From the NCBI GenBank assembly GCA_041665225.1, contig JBAYJG010000002.1, forward strand, positions 1 through 34,465: 34,465 bases of DNA. The letters run 5' to 3'. The stretch is from Bacteroidota bacterium (GTDB lineage: Bacteria; Bacteroidota; Ignavibacteria; UBA10030; UBA8401). Below the pieces are notes generated by a model. It did no database searches. It saw only the letters and a program-made list of their open reading frames with translations, and was not told the DNA's origin. Within the stretch, counting starts at the first letter, position 1. Every line of letters begins with the position of its first letter. Position numbers and translations under genes: made by a program. Positions 16,064-25,772 of this stretch are shown piece by piece.

Positions 16064-16132
16064 CAGGCACTATCATTGAGATTCACAGCTTCGCAAGAAT
16101 CACTCACCGCATGAACAATGCAGGAGCGTTCT

Positions 16133-17059
16133 ATGGATCGACGAACATTTCTGAAGAACGGTATTGGTTTTTCAACATTAGTCGGAACCGGAGCCGTAGG
16201 AGTAACGGCACTCATTCCAAATAGTGCACGAGCACTACAGTCCAAATCCTTGACGTATGATCTTGTCGCCGTAAAAGGGGGAGAACCGGATGTAATGTTT
16301 ACCAAGGGAATAGAAGCACTTGGCGGCATCGGGAAGTTTGTAAAAAAAGGACAACGGGTAGTTGTAAAACCGAATATCGGCTGGGATGTCTCACCGGAAC
16401 GTGCAGGAAATACTAATCCCAAACTGGTCACGGAGATCATTAAGCAGTGCTATTCCGCCGGCGCAAAAGAGGTGCTGGTATTTGACAATACGTGCGATAA
16501 TTGGACTCGATGCTATAAAAACAGCGGTATCGAAGCGGCAGTGAAACTGGCGGGAGGGAAGATCGTTCCGGGAAATACTGAAGGATATTATCATCCCGTT
16601 AGTGTGCAGAGGGGACGGAATCTGAAAGATGCAAAAGTGCATGAATTGATTCTGGAATCGGATGTGTTCATCAACGTGCCGATCTTGAAAAGCCACGGTG
16701 GTGCCAGGCTGACCATGTCCATGAAGAACCTGATGGGCATCGTGTGGGACCGCGGCACATGGCACCGGAATGACCTTCATCAATGCATCGCTGATTTTGC
16801 CACCTACCGGAAGCCTGATCTGAATATCCTGGATGCATATTCCGTTATGAAAACGAACGGACCGCGCGGTGTGTCGGAAGAGGATGTGGTGACGATGAAG
16901 TCCCTGCTGATTTCTACGGATATGGTGACGATCGATGCGGCGGGAGCAAAACTGTTCGGGATCGATCCGTACGATATCCGGCATATTCAGCTTGCCGAAG
17001 AACAAAAGGTTGGAACAGCAGCGCTCGATCAGCTTTCCATTAAGAGAATTTCGTTGTAA
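16133..17059 (+). CDS. Tat-exported DUF362 domain protein
   Basis: AGGAG (16122-16126) lies 6 nt before ATG 16133. The twin-arginine signal is MDRRTFLKNG...ARA. DUF362-like blocks are VVVKPNIGW and NVPILKSHGGARLTMSMKNLMG. Confidence 0.75.
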   Translation: MDRRTFLKNGIGFSTLVGTGAVGVTALIPNSARALQSKSLTYDLVAVKGGEPDVMFTKGIEALGGIGKFVKKGQRVVVKPNIGWDVSPERAGNTNPKLVTEIIKQCYSAGAKEVLVFDNTCDNWTRCYKNSGIEAAVKLAGGKIVPGNTEGYYHPVSVQRGRNLKDAKVHELILESDVFINVPILKSHGGARLTMSMKNLMGIVWDRGTWHRNDLHQCIADFATYRKPDLNILDAYSVMKTNGPRGVSEEDVVTMKSLLISTDMVTIDAAGAKLFGIDPYDIRHIQLAEEQKVGTAALDQLSIKRISL

Positions 17060-17060
17060 C

Positions 17061-18620
17061 GTGGCAGCGTTTCCGACATTGCGATCTTTGCGGTCATTAC
17101 GGATCGCAGTTTCTTCGCTCAGCTGTATTGCAGTAACTGCAGTATTTATTGATATCCACCATCTGATTCCTTTTTCACTCAGTTCCACGATTGTCGCACT
17201 TCAATTTATTCCAGCGTTATTAAAAAGTTTTTCAACAATCGGAGTTGCGATTACCGCATTATTCTTTGTGATCGTGTTGACTCTGCTGTTTGGAAGAGTG
17301 TATTGTTCCCATCTTTGCCCTCTCGGTACGCTGCAGGATATTGTGATCTGGTTAGGAAAGAAAAAATATACTCACCGGAAATTCCCGTATAGAAAGACAA
17401 ATTACCGTTTCTTCTATTCATTCACCGCTCTTGTATTTATCGGCCTGTTCGCTGGCAACCTGATCCTGCTGAATATTTTCGAACCGTACAGTAATTTCGG
17501 AAGAATCATCTCCTCTCTTGTGCGACCGCTGTTGATCCTGTTCAATAATGCTGCTGTTATACTTTTAACTGCGTCGAACACACTCGGCATTGCCCGCATA
17601 CCGTTAACAGGTCCGGATGTATGGAATATCCTTGCAGCAATCGTATTCTTGGCCGGCATTGTTGGACTTTCTTTATGGAAAGGAAGATTGTTCTGTAATT
17701 TGCTCTGTCCGGTTGGCGGTGTGCTCAGTCTTCTTTCACGGATTTCATTCTATAAAATAGAGATTCAGAACAATGCCTGTATCGATTGCGGGCTTTGCGA
17801 ACGGGTCTGCCGCGCCCAATGCATTGACAGTGAAAACCATACGGTAGATGCGGCAGCGTGCGTTGGTTGTTTTGATTGCATCGGTTCGTGCCCGGAAGAT
17901 GGAATGGGATATGCATTTCGGCGAAGGACATCATCGACACAGAAAGAAAACCCTGCACGTCGTCGTGTGTTGCTTTCACTTTCCTCAGCAATGGTTGCTT
18001 CAACAGGATTATCGAATGCCGTGGATACATCAGCTGCTGTAGCTGCGTACAACGCAGCCAAAAAACAGCCGATTGTTCCACCCGGAGGGATTGCCAGGGA
18101 GCATTTCTCGCAATTCTGTACTGCGTGTCATCTTTGTGTCAGCGCCTGTCCCACACAAGTACTTCAACCTTCAGTTATCGAATATGGGTTTGCGGGAGTG
18201 TTCCAGCCGAAGATGGATTATACTGTCAACTACTGCAATTACGACTGTGTTATTTGCGGAGAGATTTGTCCTACTGGAGCAATTCATCCGCTGTTGCCGC
18301 AGGAAAAAAAAATCACGCAGCTTGGGAAAGTGACGTTTATAAAAGAGGATTGTATTGTCGAAACAAAGAAAAAAGATTGCGGCGCGTGCGACGAACATTG
18401 TCCCACCAAAGCAGTAAAAATGGTTCCCTATGGAAAACTGATGCTGCCGCAGATCGAAAATGAATATTGTGTCGGCTGTGGTGCTTGTGAACATGCCTGC
18501 CCCACCACGCCGAGGAAAGCGATCTATGTAACGCCGAATGCCATTCATGCAACCGCAAAGATCCGTGAAACGAAACGGCTCGACCCGCAGAATGCGATAC
18601 CACAAGAATTTCCGTTTTGA
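17061..18620 (+). CDS. Membrane-bound polyferredoxin (NapH/MauN-like N-terminal TM domain plus multiple 4Fe-4S motifs)
   Basis: GTG 17061 lies 2 nt after the upstream stop, and there is no in-frame ATG before the first TM/Cys motif. Motifs include CSHLCPLG and CNLLCPVG in the TM region. Further motifs are CIDCGLCERVC, CVGCFDCIGSCP, CTACHLCVSACP, CVICGEICP, CGACDEHCP and CVGCGACEHACP. Confidence 0.8.
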   Translation: MAAFPTLRSLRSLRIAVSSLSCIAVTAVFIDIHHLIPFSLSSTIVALQFIPALLKSFSTIGVAITALFFVIVLTLLFGRVYCSHLCPLGTLQDIVIWLGKKKYTHRKFPYRKTNYRFFYSFTALVFIGLFAGNLILLNIFEPYSNFGRIISSLVRPLLILFNNAAVILLTASNTLGIARIPLTGPDVWNILAAIVFLAGIVGLSLWKGRLFCNLLCPVGGVLSLLSRISFYKIEIQNNACIDCGLCERVCRAQCIDSENHTVDAAACVGCFDCIGSCPEDGMGYAFRRRTSSTQKENPARRRVLLSLSSAMVASTGLSNAVDTSAAVAAYNAAKKQPIVPPGGIAREHFSQFCTACHLCVSACPTQVLQPSVIEYGFAGVFQPKMDYTVNYCNYDCVICGEICPTGAIHPLLPQEKKITQLGKVTFIKEDCIVETKKKDCGACDEHCPTKAVKMVPYGKLMLPQIENEYCVGCGACEHACPTTPRKAIYVTPNAIHATAKIRETKRLDPQNAIPQEFPF

Positions 18621-18693
18621 ATGTTACTCAATATCTTCTTACTATCTGTAGCGTAAACCATTGCCATTCATCCACAGTGAAAGTAAACCTTTT

Positions 18694-20316
18694 ATGATAC
18701 TCCTTTTCTCACTCATCAGTATGTTGTTCCAGCTGGAACCACCGTTGGAAGCATTAAAATTCATTACTCCGGAAAAACTCCGGGCACATATCACAGTGCT
18801 GGCACACGATTCTCTGCAGGGTAGAGGTCCCGCATCCGAAGGAGACCGGAAAGCGACAGCGTATATCGTTTCCCGCTTCAAGAAATTCGGTTTGAAACCG
18901 GCCGGTGACAACGGCACGTTTATTCAAAAAGTACCGATGGTTGGCGTAACGGTCGATCCGTCCACACAGGTAATGGTGCATAAAGGGGATCAATCAATTG
19001 CTCTTACGTATTCCACCGATTTTGTCGCGACAACGGGAACCTATGAACCGGTGATCGAACTCAAGAATGTTGAGTTGATCTTCGTTGGATTCGGCATTGT
19101 TGCGCCGGAACAGCAGTGGGATGATTACAAGGATGTGGATGTGAAAGGAAAGATTCTGGTGATGATGAATAACGATCCTGCCGGTGATGATCCGAACTTC
19201 TTTGCAGGAAAAGGTCGCACCTACTATGGACGGTGGACGTACAAATATGAGATTGCCGCAGAAAAAGGTGCGCTGGGTGCGATCGTGATCCACACGACTC
19301 CTTCGGCGGGATATCGTTATGAAGTGATTCGCAACTCGTGGAGCCGGGAGATGTTTGATCTGGAAGAAAAAAACACGGGAAACCATTTGCAGTTGAAGGC
19401 GTGGACGACTGAAGAGGCGACCAAACGGTACCTGTTGCTCGGTGGGTATTCTTTGGATTCACTTATTGCTTTGGCGCAATTGCGCACGTTCAAACCGATC
19501 CCTCTTGGCATTACTGTCTCTTCAATTATCCGATCCGAAGTAAAACGAATAGCAACAAACAATATCGTCGGCAAAGTTGAGGGAAGCGATCCATCATTGA
19601 AGAGCCAATATGTTATCTTCACAGCGCATTACGATCACTTCGGTATCGGAAGACCGATTGACGGCGATTCCATCTACAACGGCGCGCTGGACAATGCTTC
19701 GGGGACTTCGCTAATGCTGAATCTTGCCGAAACGTTCTCTTCGTTGAAAAAGAAGCCTGCACGATCGCTCCTCTTCGCCGCTGTTGCTGCAGAGGAACAG
19801 GGCTTGCTCGGTTCAAAATATTATGCCAATAATCCCACCGTTTCAGGCGCCAGTATCGCGGCGAATATTAATACTGATGTCATTAACATCGTCGGCAGAA
19901 CGACGGATATTTCATGGCAGGGAAGCGACCGTTCATCGCTCGGTAATGATCTAAATGCCGTCGCAAAACCATTGGGTCTTACGGTATTGCCGGATCTTGC
20001 ACCTGAACAAGGAGGGTTCTTCCGGAGCGACCATTTCAGTTTTGCAAAGGTCGGTATTCCTGCAATGTCCATGGGAAGCGGAAGAAAATATGTCGGCGTT
20101 GATACGGCATTTGTACGGAAAATGCAAGAGAGAGGCGGAAAAATTTATCACCAGCCGAGCGATGAGTTGTATGACGATTGGAATTATGACGGCGCGCTGC
20201 AACAAGCAGAACTTGTTATCCGCGTCGCCTGGCGAATTGCGAACATCATTGAAATGCCGTACTGGAACAGCGGCAGCGAATTTGAGTCCGCACGTAAGCG
20301 TTCAATGAAGCAGTGA
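18694..20316 (+). CDS. M28 family metallopeptidase (aminopeptidase) with PA domain
   Basis: M28 blocks are present: FTAHYDHFG, NGALDNASGTSLMLNLAE, FAAVAAEEQGLLGSKYY, FFRSDHFSFAKVGIP. The start is uncertain (ATG 18694 versus TTG 18661). Confidence 0.85.
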   Translation: MILLFSLISMLFQLEPPLEALKFITPEKLRAHITVLAHDSLQGRGPASEGDRKATAYIVSRFKKFGLKPAGDNGTFIQKVPMVGVTVDPSTQVMVHKGDQSIALTYSTDFVATTGTYEPVIELKNVELIFVGFGIVAPEQQWDDYKDVDVKGKILVMMNNDPAGDDPNFFAGKGRTYYGRWTYKYEIAAEKGALGAIVIHTTPSAGYRYEVIRNSWSREMFDLEEKNTGNHLQLKAWTTEEATKRYLLLGGYSLDSLIALAQLRTFKPIPLGITVSSIIRSEVKRIATNNIVGKVEGSDPSLKSQYVIFTAHYDHFGIGRPIDGDSIYNGALDNASGTSLMLNLAETFSSLKKKPARSLLFAAVAAEEQGLLGSKYYANNPTVSGASIAANINTDVINIVGRTTDISWQGSDRSSLGNDLNAVAKPLGLTVLPDLAPEQGGFFRSDHFSFAKVGIPAMSMGSGRKYVGVDTAFVRKMQERGGKIYHQPSDELYDDWNYDGALQQAELVIRVAWRIANIIEMPYWNSGSEFESARKRSMKQ

Positions 20317-20345
20317 CTGTATCGCTCAATGTGATTCGCCGTCAT

Positions 20346-20827
20346 TCAGGATTGATCCGTATCGCTCACGAGAGTAATCATCTGTTTTTCTGCGTCAAAG
20401 TGTACGGTGAATTGTTGTAACAGCACGGATGCGGGCCCTTCAATCACCGAACCGTCGACTGAAGAAAAGCGTGATCCATGGAATGGGCAACCATGATGTT
20501 CGTTTGTTGTGGAAGCCCGATCTCCGCTCCCCAATGTGTGCATTGTGCTGCAAATGCATGGAATGTGCTTTCTGTGTTTCGCACGATGATAATGACGCTT
20601 CCGTCATTCACACGACTGAATCGTTTCTTGACAGCGCCCCCGATTGTCCGTAACTCAGGGGTAGCTGCGAGATCGATTGTTGGATCACCCTCCGTTACCG
20701 GAATATCATTGCTGGAATAGAGCAGTCCGCCGATACCGCACGATTGCAGTCCTGTGCCGAGCGCAGCACAAGAGAGAATAGTCGCTGAAGTTGTGAGAAA
20801 TTGCCGGCGTTTAAATTCCATATCCAT
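20346..20827 (-). pseudogene. Tat-exported Rieske [2Fe-2S] (lipo)protein interrupted by a 1-nt frameshift
   Basis: The twin-arginine signal is MDMEFKRRQFL...LQSCG. Rieske box 1 (CTHWG) is in the frame of ORF 20444-20896 and box 2 (CPFHGSRF) is in the frame of ORF 20346-20543. Joining them at ~20502-20503 restores CxH-x16-CxxH and requires one extra base. Confidence 0.7.
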
Positions 20828-21058
20828 TCCTAAAAAATATTTTCCTTCGTTGAATTGTTTGAGAATGGAATGATCTGGGAATTGTATTTCTTCCACTTTT
20901 CAAGATCGTCACAATCTTCGCATTCTTATATCATCTGATCCAATCTACTTAGTATCTTGATGAAATGGCAACATCGTTATGTGATGGTCGGCAATCTTCA
21001 CTACTCTGTGATTCAGTATAATTTTTAGGGGATTATTACACAATGTGCGGATGAATGT

Positions 21059-21409
21059 ATGCGGACAATAGTTGTGGTATCTGGATTGTTAATGATCACT
21101 TTTTTTGGTTGTGCGCGAAGACCAGAGATTGACAACAATAATCGCGGGCCGATCCTGCTCTCCTCGGTTGAATCTATTTACCCCGAAGAAGCAAAGGCGA
21201 AAAAAGTGGAAGGGGATGTATGGGTAAAAATGTGGGTGAATGATAAAGGAAAAGTTACTACGGCGATGATTGAAAAAACGCCGGATCAATCATTGTGCGC
21301 TGCAGCAATGGACGCCGCGCTTCGGAGAAAATATTCACCGGCAATGCTGGAAGGGAAACCGATCGGTGTTTGGCTGATCATTCCGATTTCAGTGAAAAAA
21401 CCTCACTAG
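21059..21409 (+). CDS. TonB C-terminal domain lipoprotein
   Basis: The N-terminus has a lipobox (LMITFFGC). TonB_C-like features are YPEEAKAKKVEGDVWVKMWVNDKGKV and ...SPAMLEGKPIGVWLIIPI. Confidence 0.6.
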   Translation: MRTIVVVSGLLMITFFGCARRPEIDNNNRGPILLSSVESIYPEEAKAKKVEGDVWVKMWVNDKGKVTTAMIEKTPDQSLCAAAMDAALRRKYSPAMLEGKPIGVWLIIPISVKKPH

Positions 21410-21421
21410 GTGTCAGTATTA

Positions 21422-21907
21422 CTATGGCTCTTTGTTCCGTTTCGGAATCATCGATTCCGGCATCTGTACTGCCACCACTTTCCCCCGGGAACACAGAATA
21501 CCGTCTGCGGTGACGGCTACTTCAACGATTACTTTGCGCTCTGTAATTTCTACGATTGTGCCCCGCAGCGTGAGTGGCACACCCATCGGTGTCGGACGCA
21601 CATAATCGATCTGCAGTGAAGCGGTGACGAAGCGGAACGCCGGTTCGCTTCCCGGTTCCCGTCCTGCAAAACGGTACGCAGCAGCGGCGGCCGTCCCTGT
21701 TCCGTGACAATCAATCAGGGAGGCTGTCAGTCCTCCGTACACGTATCCTGGAATTGCCGTATGATATGGTTTCGGTGTGTAGACGGCAATTGTTTCTTCC
21801 CCGTCCCACACAGTGCGTACATGCAATCCGTGTTCATTTAGGCGGCCGCAGCCGTAACAATGACTGAGTTCTTCAGGATAGAAATCCTGGATTGCCTGTT
21901 GTTCCAT
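21422..21907 (-). CDS. PaaI/hotdog-fold thioesterase
   Basis: The N-terminal CYGCGRLNEHGLHV motif and the GYVYGGLTASLIDCHGTG block are typical of the PaaI-family thioesterase fold. Confidence 0.7.
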   Translation of the reverse strand: MEQQAIQDFYPEELSHCYGCGRLNEHGLHVRTVWDGEETIAVYTPKPYHTAIPGYVYGGLTASLIDCHGTGTAAAAAYRFAGREPGSEPAFRFVTASLQIDYVRPTPMGVPLTLRGTIVEITERKVIVEVAVTADGILCSRGKVVAVQMPESMIPKRNKEP

Positions 21908-21936
21908 ACAATACCTTTCGATGATATGTACTGTGA

Positions 21937-22533
21937 CTACTTCTTTTTTCCAACAAACCGAACGACATCGGCAATGCCGGAATGTCCTGGACCTTCATCC
22001 AACACGATCTGATGTTCCGAACATTCGATCACCGTCAATCCTGCAAATTCATTGTGAAGAGATTCTGCAGTCATCAGCATTGTCGGATCTGACGGGCCGC
22101 CGGAAGTGTTATTGATCTGCCGCGGATGAAATGCTTCAAGAATGATTATTCCATTTGGTGACAATGCGCTGATGATCGATGAATGAAATTGTTCCCGGTC
22201 TGTCGATGGTAAATGAAAATAGATAAGTGCAATGGCATCGTAGGATCCCTTGGCAAGACGAAAATCAAAAGCATTCACGACATCATATCGTATCGATACT
22301 TGACGTTCTTCTGCAAAATTCATCGCTTTTTGTTTTCCCACGGTGCTCTGATCAAATGCAGTCACATCCCATTCCAGCGAAGCTGCATAGACAGCATCGC
22401 GTCCTTCTCCGGCGGCTGGGATCAGAATCCTGCCAACAGGAAGTGTATCGATCACTGATTTAAAAAATGCATTAGGGTTTTTCCCATACACATAGTGATC
22501 AACAGAATATTTGGAATCCCAGAATGTATTCAT
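21937..22533 (-). CDS. Class I SAM-dependent methyltransferase
   Basis: Motif I-like ILIPAAGEGRDAVYAA is present, with acidic post-I and motif II-like YDAIALIYFH. Confidence 0.7.
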   Translation of the reverse strand: MNTFWDSKYSVDHYVYGKNPNAFFKSVIDTLPVGRILIPAAGEGRDAVYAASLEWDVTAFDQSTVGKQKAMNFAEERQVSIRYDVVNAFDFRLAKGSYDAIALIYFHLPSTDREQFHSSIISALSPNGIIILEAFHPRQINNTSGGPSDPTMLMTAESLHNEFAGLTVIECSEHQIVLDEGPGHSGIADVVRFVGKKK

Positions 22534-22734
22534 CGTTAAGGAATGTGCAGAATGTTGAGTATTTACCTGGATACGCCGTAACTCGTGTGATGCACCGAAC
22601 GTGAAAAGGATTCAACTATCTGGTTTAATCATAACAGGTTAGCAGGAATATTCTGAATCTTTCTGGTTTTCACTGCATCATATTCATGGAATCAAGATTT
22701 CCTTTGAAAATTGAATAAAAGTGTATAAAACAAA

Positions 22735-24402
22735 ATGAACAACAGCAATCCCAAAAAAATAGTGATCATTGGAGGCGTAGCCGGCGGCGCTACTGCGGCG
22801 GCGCGTATCCGGCGGCTGGATGAACATGCAGAAATAACTGTGCTGGAAAAAGGACCGTACGTCAGTTTTGCGAACTGCGGACTTCCATATTTCATCAGCA
22901 GGGATATTCAACGCCGGTCGAACCTTCTGCTGCAAACTCCGGAAGGTTTCTACAGCCGTTACCGCGTAAATGTAAAAACAAATACAGAAGCCATTCAAAT
23001 ATTACGCGATAAAAAATCTATTACTGCGAAAACGAAAAACGGCGAAGAACAGATTCCGTACGACAAACTGATCCTTGCGCAGGGCGGTTCTCCCATTGTC
23101 CCGTCATTACCCGGAATAACGCAAGAACATGTTTTTAAACTGTGGACCATTCCGGATATGGATAGGATCCACAAATTTATTGAAGAGAAAAAACCGGCGA
23201 AAGCAGTCGTTGCAGGGGGCGGTTTCATCGGTCTGGAAATGGCAGAAGCATTGCACGCCAGAGGCATCGAAGTGTCCGTTGTAGAACTGGCGCCGCAGGT
23301 AATGATCCTCATGGATTCTGAATTTGGCGCGATGATCAAAGCGGGACTGGAACAAAAAGGGATCAGTGTGAAAACCAATGCAGGAATCTCGGCAATTGGT
23401 GCTAACAATGTCACGTTGAGCGACGGAACTGAAATCGACGCTGCAATGGTTCTCTTATCAATTGGTGTTCGCCCTGAATTGACGCTTGCAAAATCGGCAG
23501 GACTGGAGGTCGGCGCGACTGGTGGTTTGATTGTTGATGAGATGATGAAGACCAGCGATCCGGATATTTATGCAGCCGGAGATATGGTAGAGATAATCAA
23601 TAAAGTACATGGAAAAAAAGTGCGCATTCCGCTTGCTGGTCCGGCAAATCGTCAAGGAAGAATCGCCGGCACCAATGTTCTCGGCGGAAAAATGAAATAC
23701 AGAGGTGCATTGGGGACTTCCGTAGTGAAACTGTTTGATAAAACCGCTGCATCAACCGGACTTTCGGAAAAAGCTGCACGGGAAGCAGGATTCGACATCG
23801 GAGTATCGTATGTGTTCAAGGACAACCATGTCACCTATTATCCCGGCGGGAAACCGCTTGCATTGAAGATCGTCTATGATAAACGGTCCGGGAAGTTGCT
23901 GGGCGGTCAGGCATACGGCGAAGCGGGCGTAGAAAAGAGAATTGACGTTCTTGCAACGGCGCTACACGGAAAGATGACATTGGAAGATCTGTCGGAACTT
24001 GACCTTGCGTATGCTCCACCGTTCAATAGTGCCAACGATCCGGTCAACATGGCGGCATTTATCGGACTCAATCATATAAGTGGATATAGTCTATTAAAAA
24101 CTCCGGTTGAAGTGATCAATGAATTGAAAACGAACGACGGCATTGTTCTGGATGTGCGTACATTGGGAGAACAATCCAAAGCGCCGCTTGCCGGTGTGGT
24201 GCATATTCCGGCAGATGAGCTTCGGGATAGATTACAGGAGATTCCGAAACAAAAAACACTCTATATTATGAGTAAAGATGGATTTTTAGGCCACACAAGT
24301 TTGCAAATATTGAAAGCGGAAGGATGGAGCGATATTTTTAATATCGCCGGAGGAGTTGCAGCTGCACAGTGGACCGATGGATGGGATTTCACAAAAAAAT
24401 AA
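22735..24402 (+). CDS. CoA-disulfide reductase/NADH-persulfide-reductase-like flavoprotein with C-terminal rhodanese-homology domain lacking the catalytic Cys
   Basis: FAD fold is KIVIIGGVAGGATAAARIRR and the redox Cys motif is SFANCGLPYF. The NAD fold is AVVAGGGFIGLEMAE. In the C-terminal rhodanese-like domain (~24112-24399) the active-site loop reads IMSKDGFLG instead of CxxGxR. Confidence 0.85.
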   Translation: MNNSNPKKIVIIGGVAGGATAAARIRRLDEHAEITVLEKGPYVSFANCGLPYFISRDIQRRSNLLLQTPEGFYSRYRVNVKTNTEAIQILRDKKSITAKTKNGEEQIPYDKLILAQGGSPIVPSLPGITQEHVFKLWTIPDMDRIHKFIEEKKPAKAVVAGGGFIGLEMAEALHARGIEVSVVELAPQVMILMDSEFGAMIKAGLEQKGISVKTNAGISAIGANNVTLSDGTEIDAAMVLLSIGVRPELTLAKSAGLEVGATGGLIVDEMMKTSDPDIYAAGDMVEIINKVHGKKVRIPLAGPANRQGRIAGTNVLGGKMKYRGALGTSVVKLFDKTAASTGLSEKAAREAGFDIGVSYVFKDNHVTYYPGGKPLALKIVYDKRSGKLLGGQAYGEAGVEKRIDVLATALHGKMTLEDLSELDLAYAPPFNSANDPVNMAAFIGLNHISGYSLLKTPVEVINELKTNDGIVLDVRTLGEQSKAPLAGVVHIPADELRDRLQEIPKQKTLYIMSKDGFLGHTSLQILKAEGWSDIFNIAGGVAAAQWTDGWDFTKK

Positions 24403-24430
24403 TCAACAAGATCAACAGAGGAGAAGTACA

Positions 24431-24700
24431 ATGTCAGATTTAGAAGAAAAAATAAAATCAGGTGCAATTATCGTCGATGTGCGTACGCCGGAAGAATTCG
24501 AAGAAGAAGCATATCCAAACGCAGTGAATATTCCCGTGGATGAAGTACAGCGTCGGCTGAAGGAATTTGGCGATATGAACACACCGGTCATCGTCTACTG
24601 TGCATCGGGCGCACGCAGTGCTTATGCGGCACGGATCTTAAAAAACGCTGGCTATAAGGATGTTGTCAATGCCGGCGGATTGTATGATATGCCGATGTAA
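24431..24700 (+). CDS. Single-domain rhodanese (sulfurtransferase)
   Basis: AGAGGAG lies upstream of ATG 24431. The active-site loop is VYCASGARS. The ORF-track start at 24356 overlaps the upstream gene and is unlikely. Confidence 0.85.
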   Translation: MSDLEEKIKSGAIIVDVRTPEEFEEEAYPNAVNIPVDEVQRRLKEFGDMNTPVIVYCASGARSAYAARILKNAGYKDVVNAGGLYDMPM

Positions 24701-24741
24701 TACTATGATATTCTGAACGAACTTACCATAAAAGGGTTCTT

Positions 24742-25224
24742 ATGAAAAAGATGCTATTAGTGCTACTTGTATTGTCCATGTCGTCCGCCGCACTTGCAAA
24801 AGATCTGCAATGGAAAAAATTTAACGACGGACTTGCCGAAGCAAAACGCACAGGAAAAAAAGTGCTGGTCGATGTATATACCGATTGGTGCAAATGGTGC
24901 AAGGAGATGGATAAAAAAACCTATCCGGATAAAACTATTTCCGCATATTTGCAGAAACATTATGTAATCATCAAACTCAATGCCGAAGGAAATGAACAAA
25001 TCAACTATCAAGGACAATTGATAAGTCCGCAGGAATTTGCACAAGGAATGGGCGTGGACGGATATCCGGCAACTGTTTTCCTGCAGAGCGACGGGAAGCC
25101 GATCACTTTGCTGCCAGGCTATTCTACCCCGGATCAATTCATTCATGTGCTCAGCTATATCGGCGAAAACCACTATCTGAAGAAAAAATTTCCCGACTAT
25201 CTATCAGAAAAAGGGGTAAAATAA
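24742..25224 (+). CDS. Secreted thioredoxin-fold protein (WCKWC active site)
   Basis: A signal peptide (MKKMLLVLLVLSMSSAALA) is present. The CxxC motif is in VLVDVYTDWCKWCKEMD and the cis-Pro region is GYPATVFL. Confidence 0.8.
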   Translation: MKKMLLVLLVLSMSSAALAKDLQWKKFNDGLAEAKRTGKKVLVDVYTDWCKWCKEMDKKTYPDKTISAYLQKHYVIIKLNAEGNEQINYQGQLISPQEFAQGMGVDGYPATVFLQSDGKPITLLPGYSTPDQFIHVLSYIGENHYLKKKFPDYLSEKGVK

Positions 25225-25228
25225 TCCA

Positions 25229-25477
25229 ATGCCACTATCGACAGCAGTCGGAAAGTTAAAGGTTCGTACGGTGGTTAGACTGGCTATAGCTTTTCTTGGC
25301 GTGATAGAACTGTTTTTGTTTGTCTGGAGCGGGTTCCAAAGCGTACCTGATGCGTTTGGCGGAGGGATGCTGCTGTTTATTTCCGCTACGAATTTCTGCA
25401 CACAATGTCCGCTGCTTTCTGCTATTACCAGGATGTTCAAACGGGAACGGACTACCATATCAACCGAGAAACTATGA
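25229..25477 (+). CDS. DUF2892/YgaP-like small membrane protein
   Basis: Two hydrophobic helices and a C-terminal ATNFCTQCPLLS motif resemble the YgaP transmembrane (DUF2892) family, which is often found next to rhodaneses. Confidence 0.5.
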   Translation: MPLSTAVGKLKVRTVVRLAIAFLGVIELFLFVWSGFQSVPDAFGGGMLLFISATNFCTQCPLLSAITRMFKRERTTISTEKL

Positions 25478-25508
25478 ACGATAAAACTGTTTACAGAGAT
25501 ATGATGCA

Positions 25509-25772
25509 ATGGAAATGATTTACGATGAAATACTTGAAGATCAAGAACATGGCACTCCTTCTGCAATGAAACAGGAAGCGTTAATCATGCAGTATTGTGC
25601 CGGCATCGAACAGGAAGTAGCTCAGTCACATTCGCTGACCGAAGCAAGGGAAATTGCTGCAACATATTGCCAACAGTTTGCTTTGCACTGTTCAAGCAGC
25701 GTTCTCCGTTCTGCGGCAAAAGAATATGTCGATAGGGTTGTCAATCGTCGATGGACGAGCAATGATTACTAA
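25509..25772 (+). CDS. Hypothetical protein
   Basis: The ORF overlaps the next gene's ATG by 11 nt (ATGATTACTAA), which suggests coupling. No recognisable motif. Confidence 0.35.
   Translation: MEMIYDEILEDQEHGTPSAMKQEALIMQYCAGIEQEVAQSHSLTEAREIAATYCQQFALHCSSSVLRSAAKEYVDRVVNRRWTSNDY

Noticed and set aside
15844-17188. Minus-strand ORFs of 198 aa (15844-16440) and 265 aa (16391-17188).
   Set aside because: They overlap the well-supported ECF-S-like and DUF362 genes in antisense and have low-complexity, Arg/Cys-rich composition.
17876-18463. 195-aa + strand ORF in an alternative frame of the polyferredoxin gene.
   Set aside because: The annotated frame contains repeated canonical CxxCxxCxxxCP motifs, and the alternative frame has no motif.
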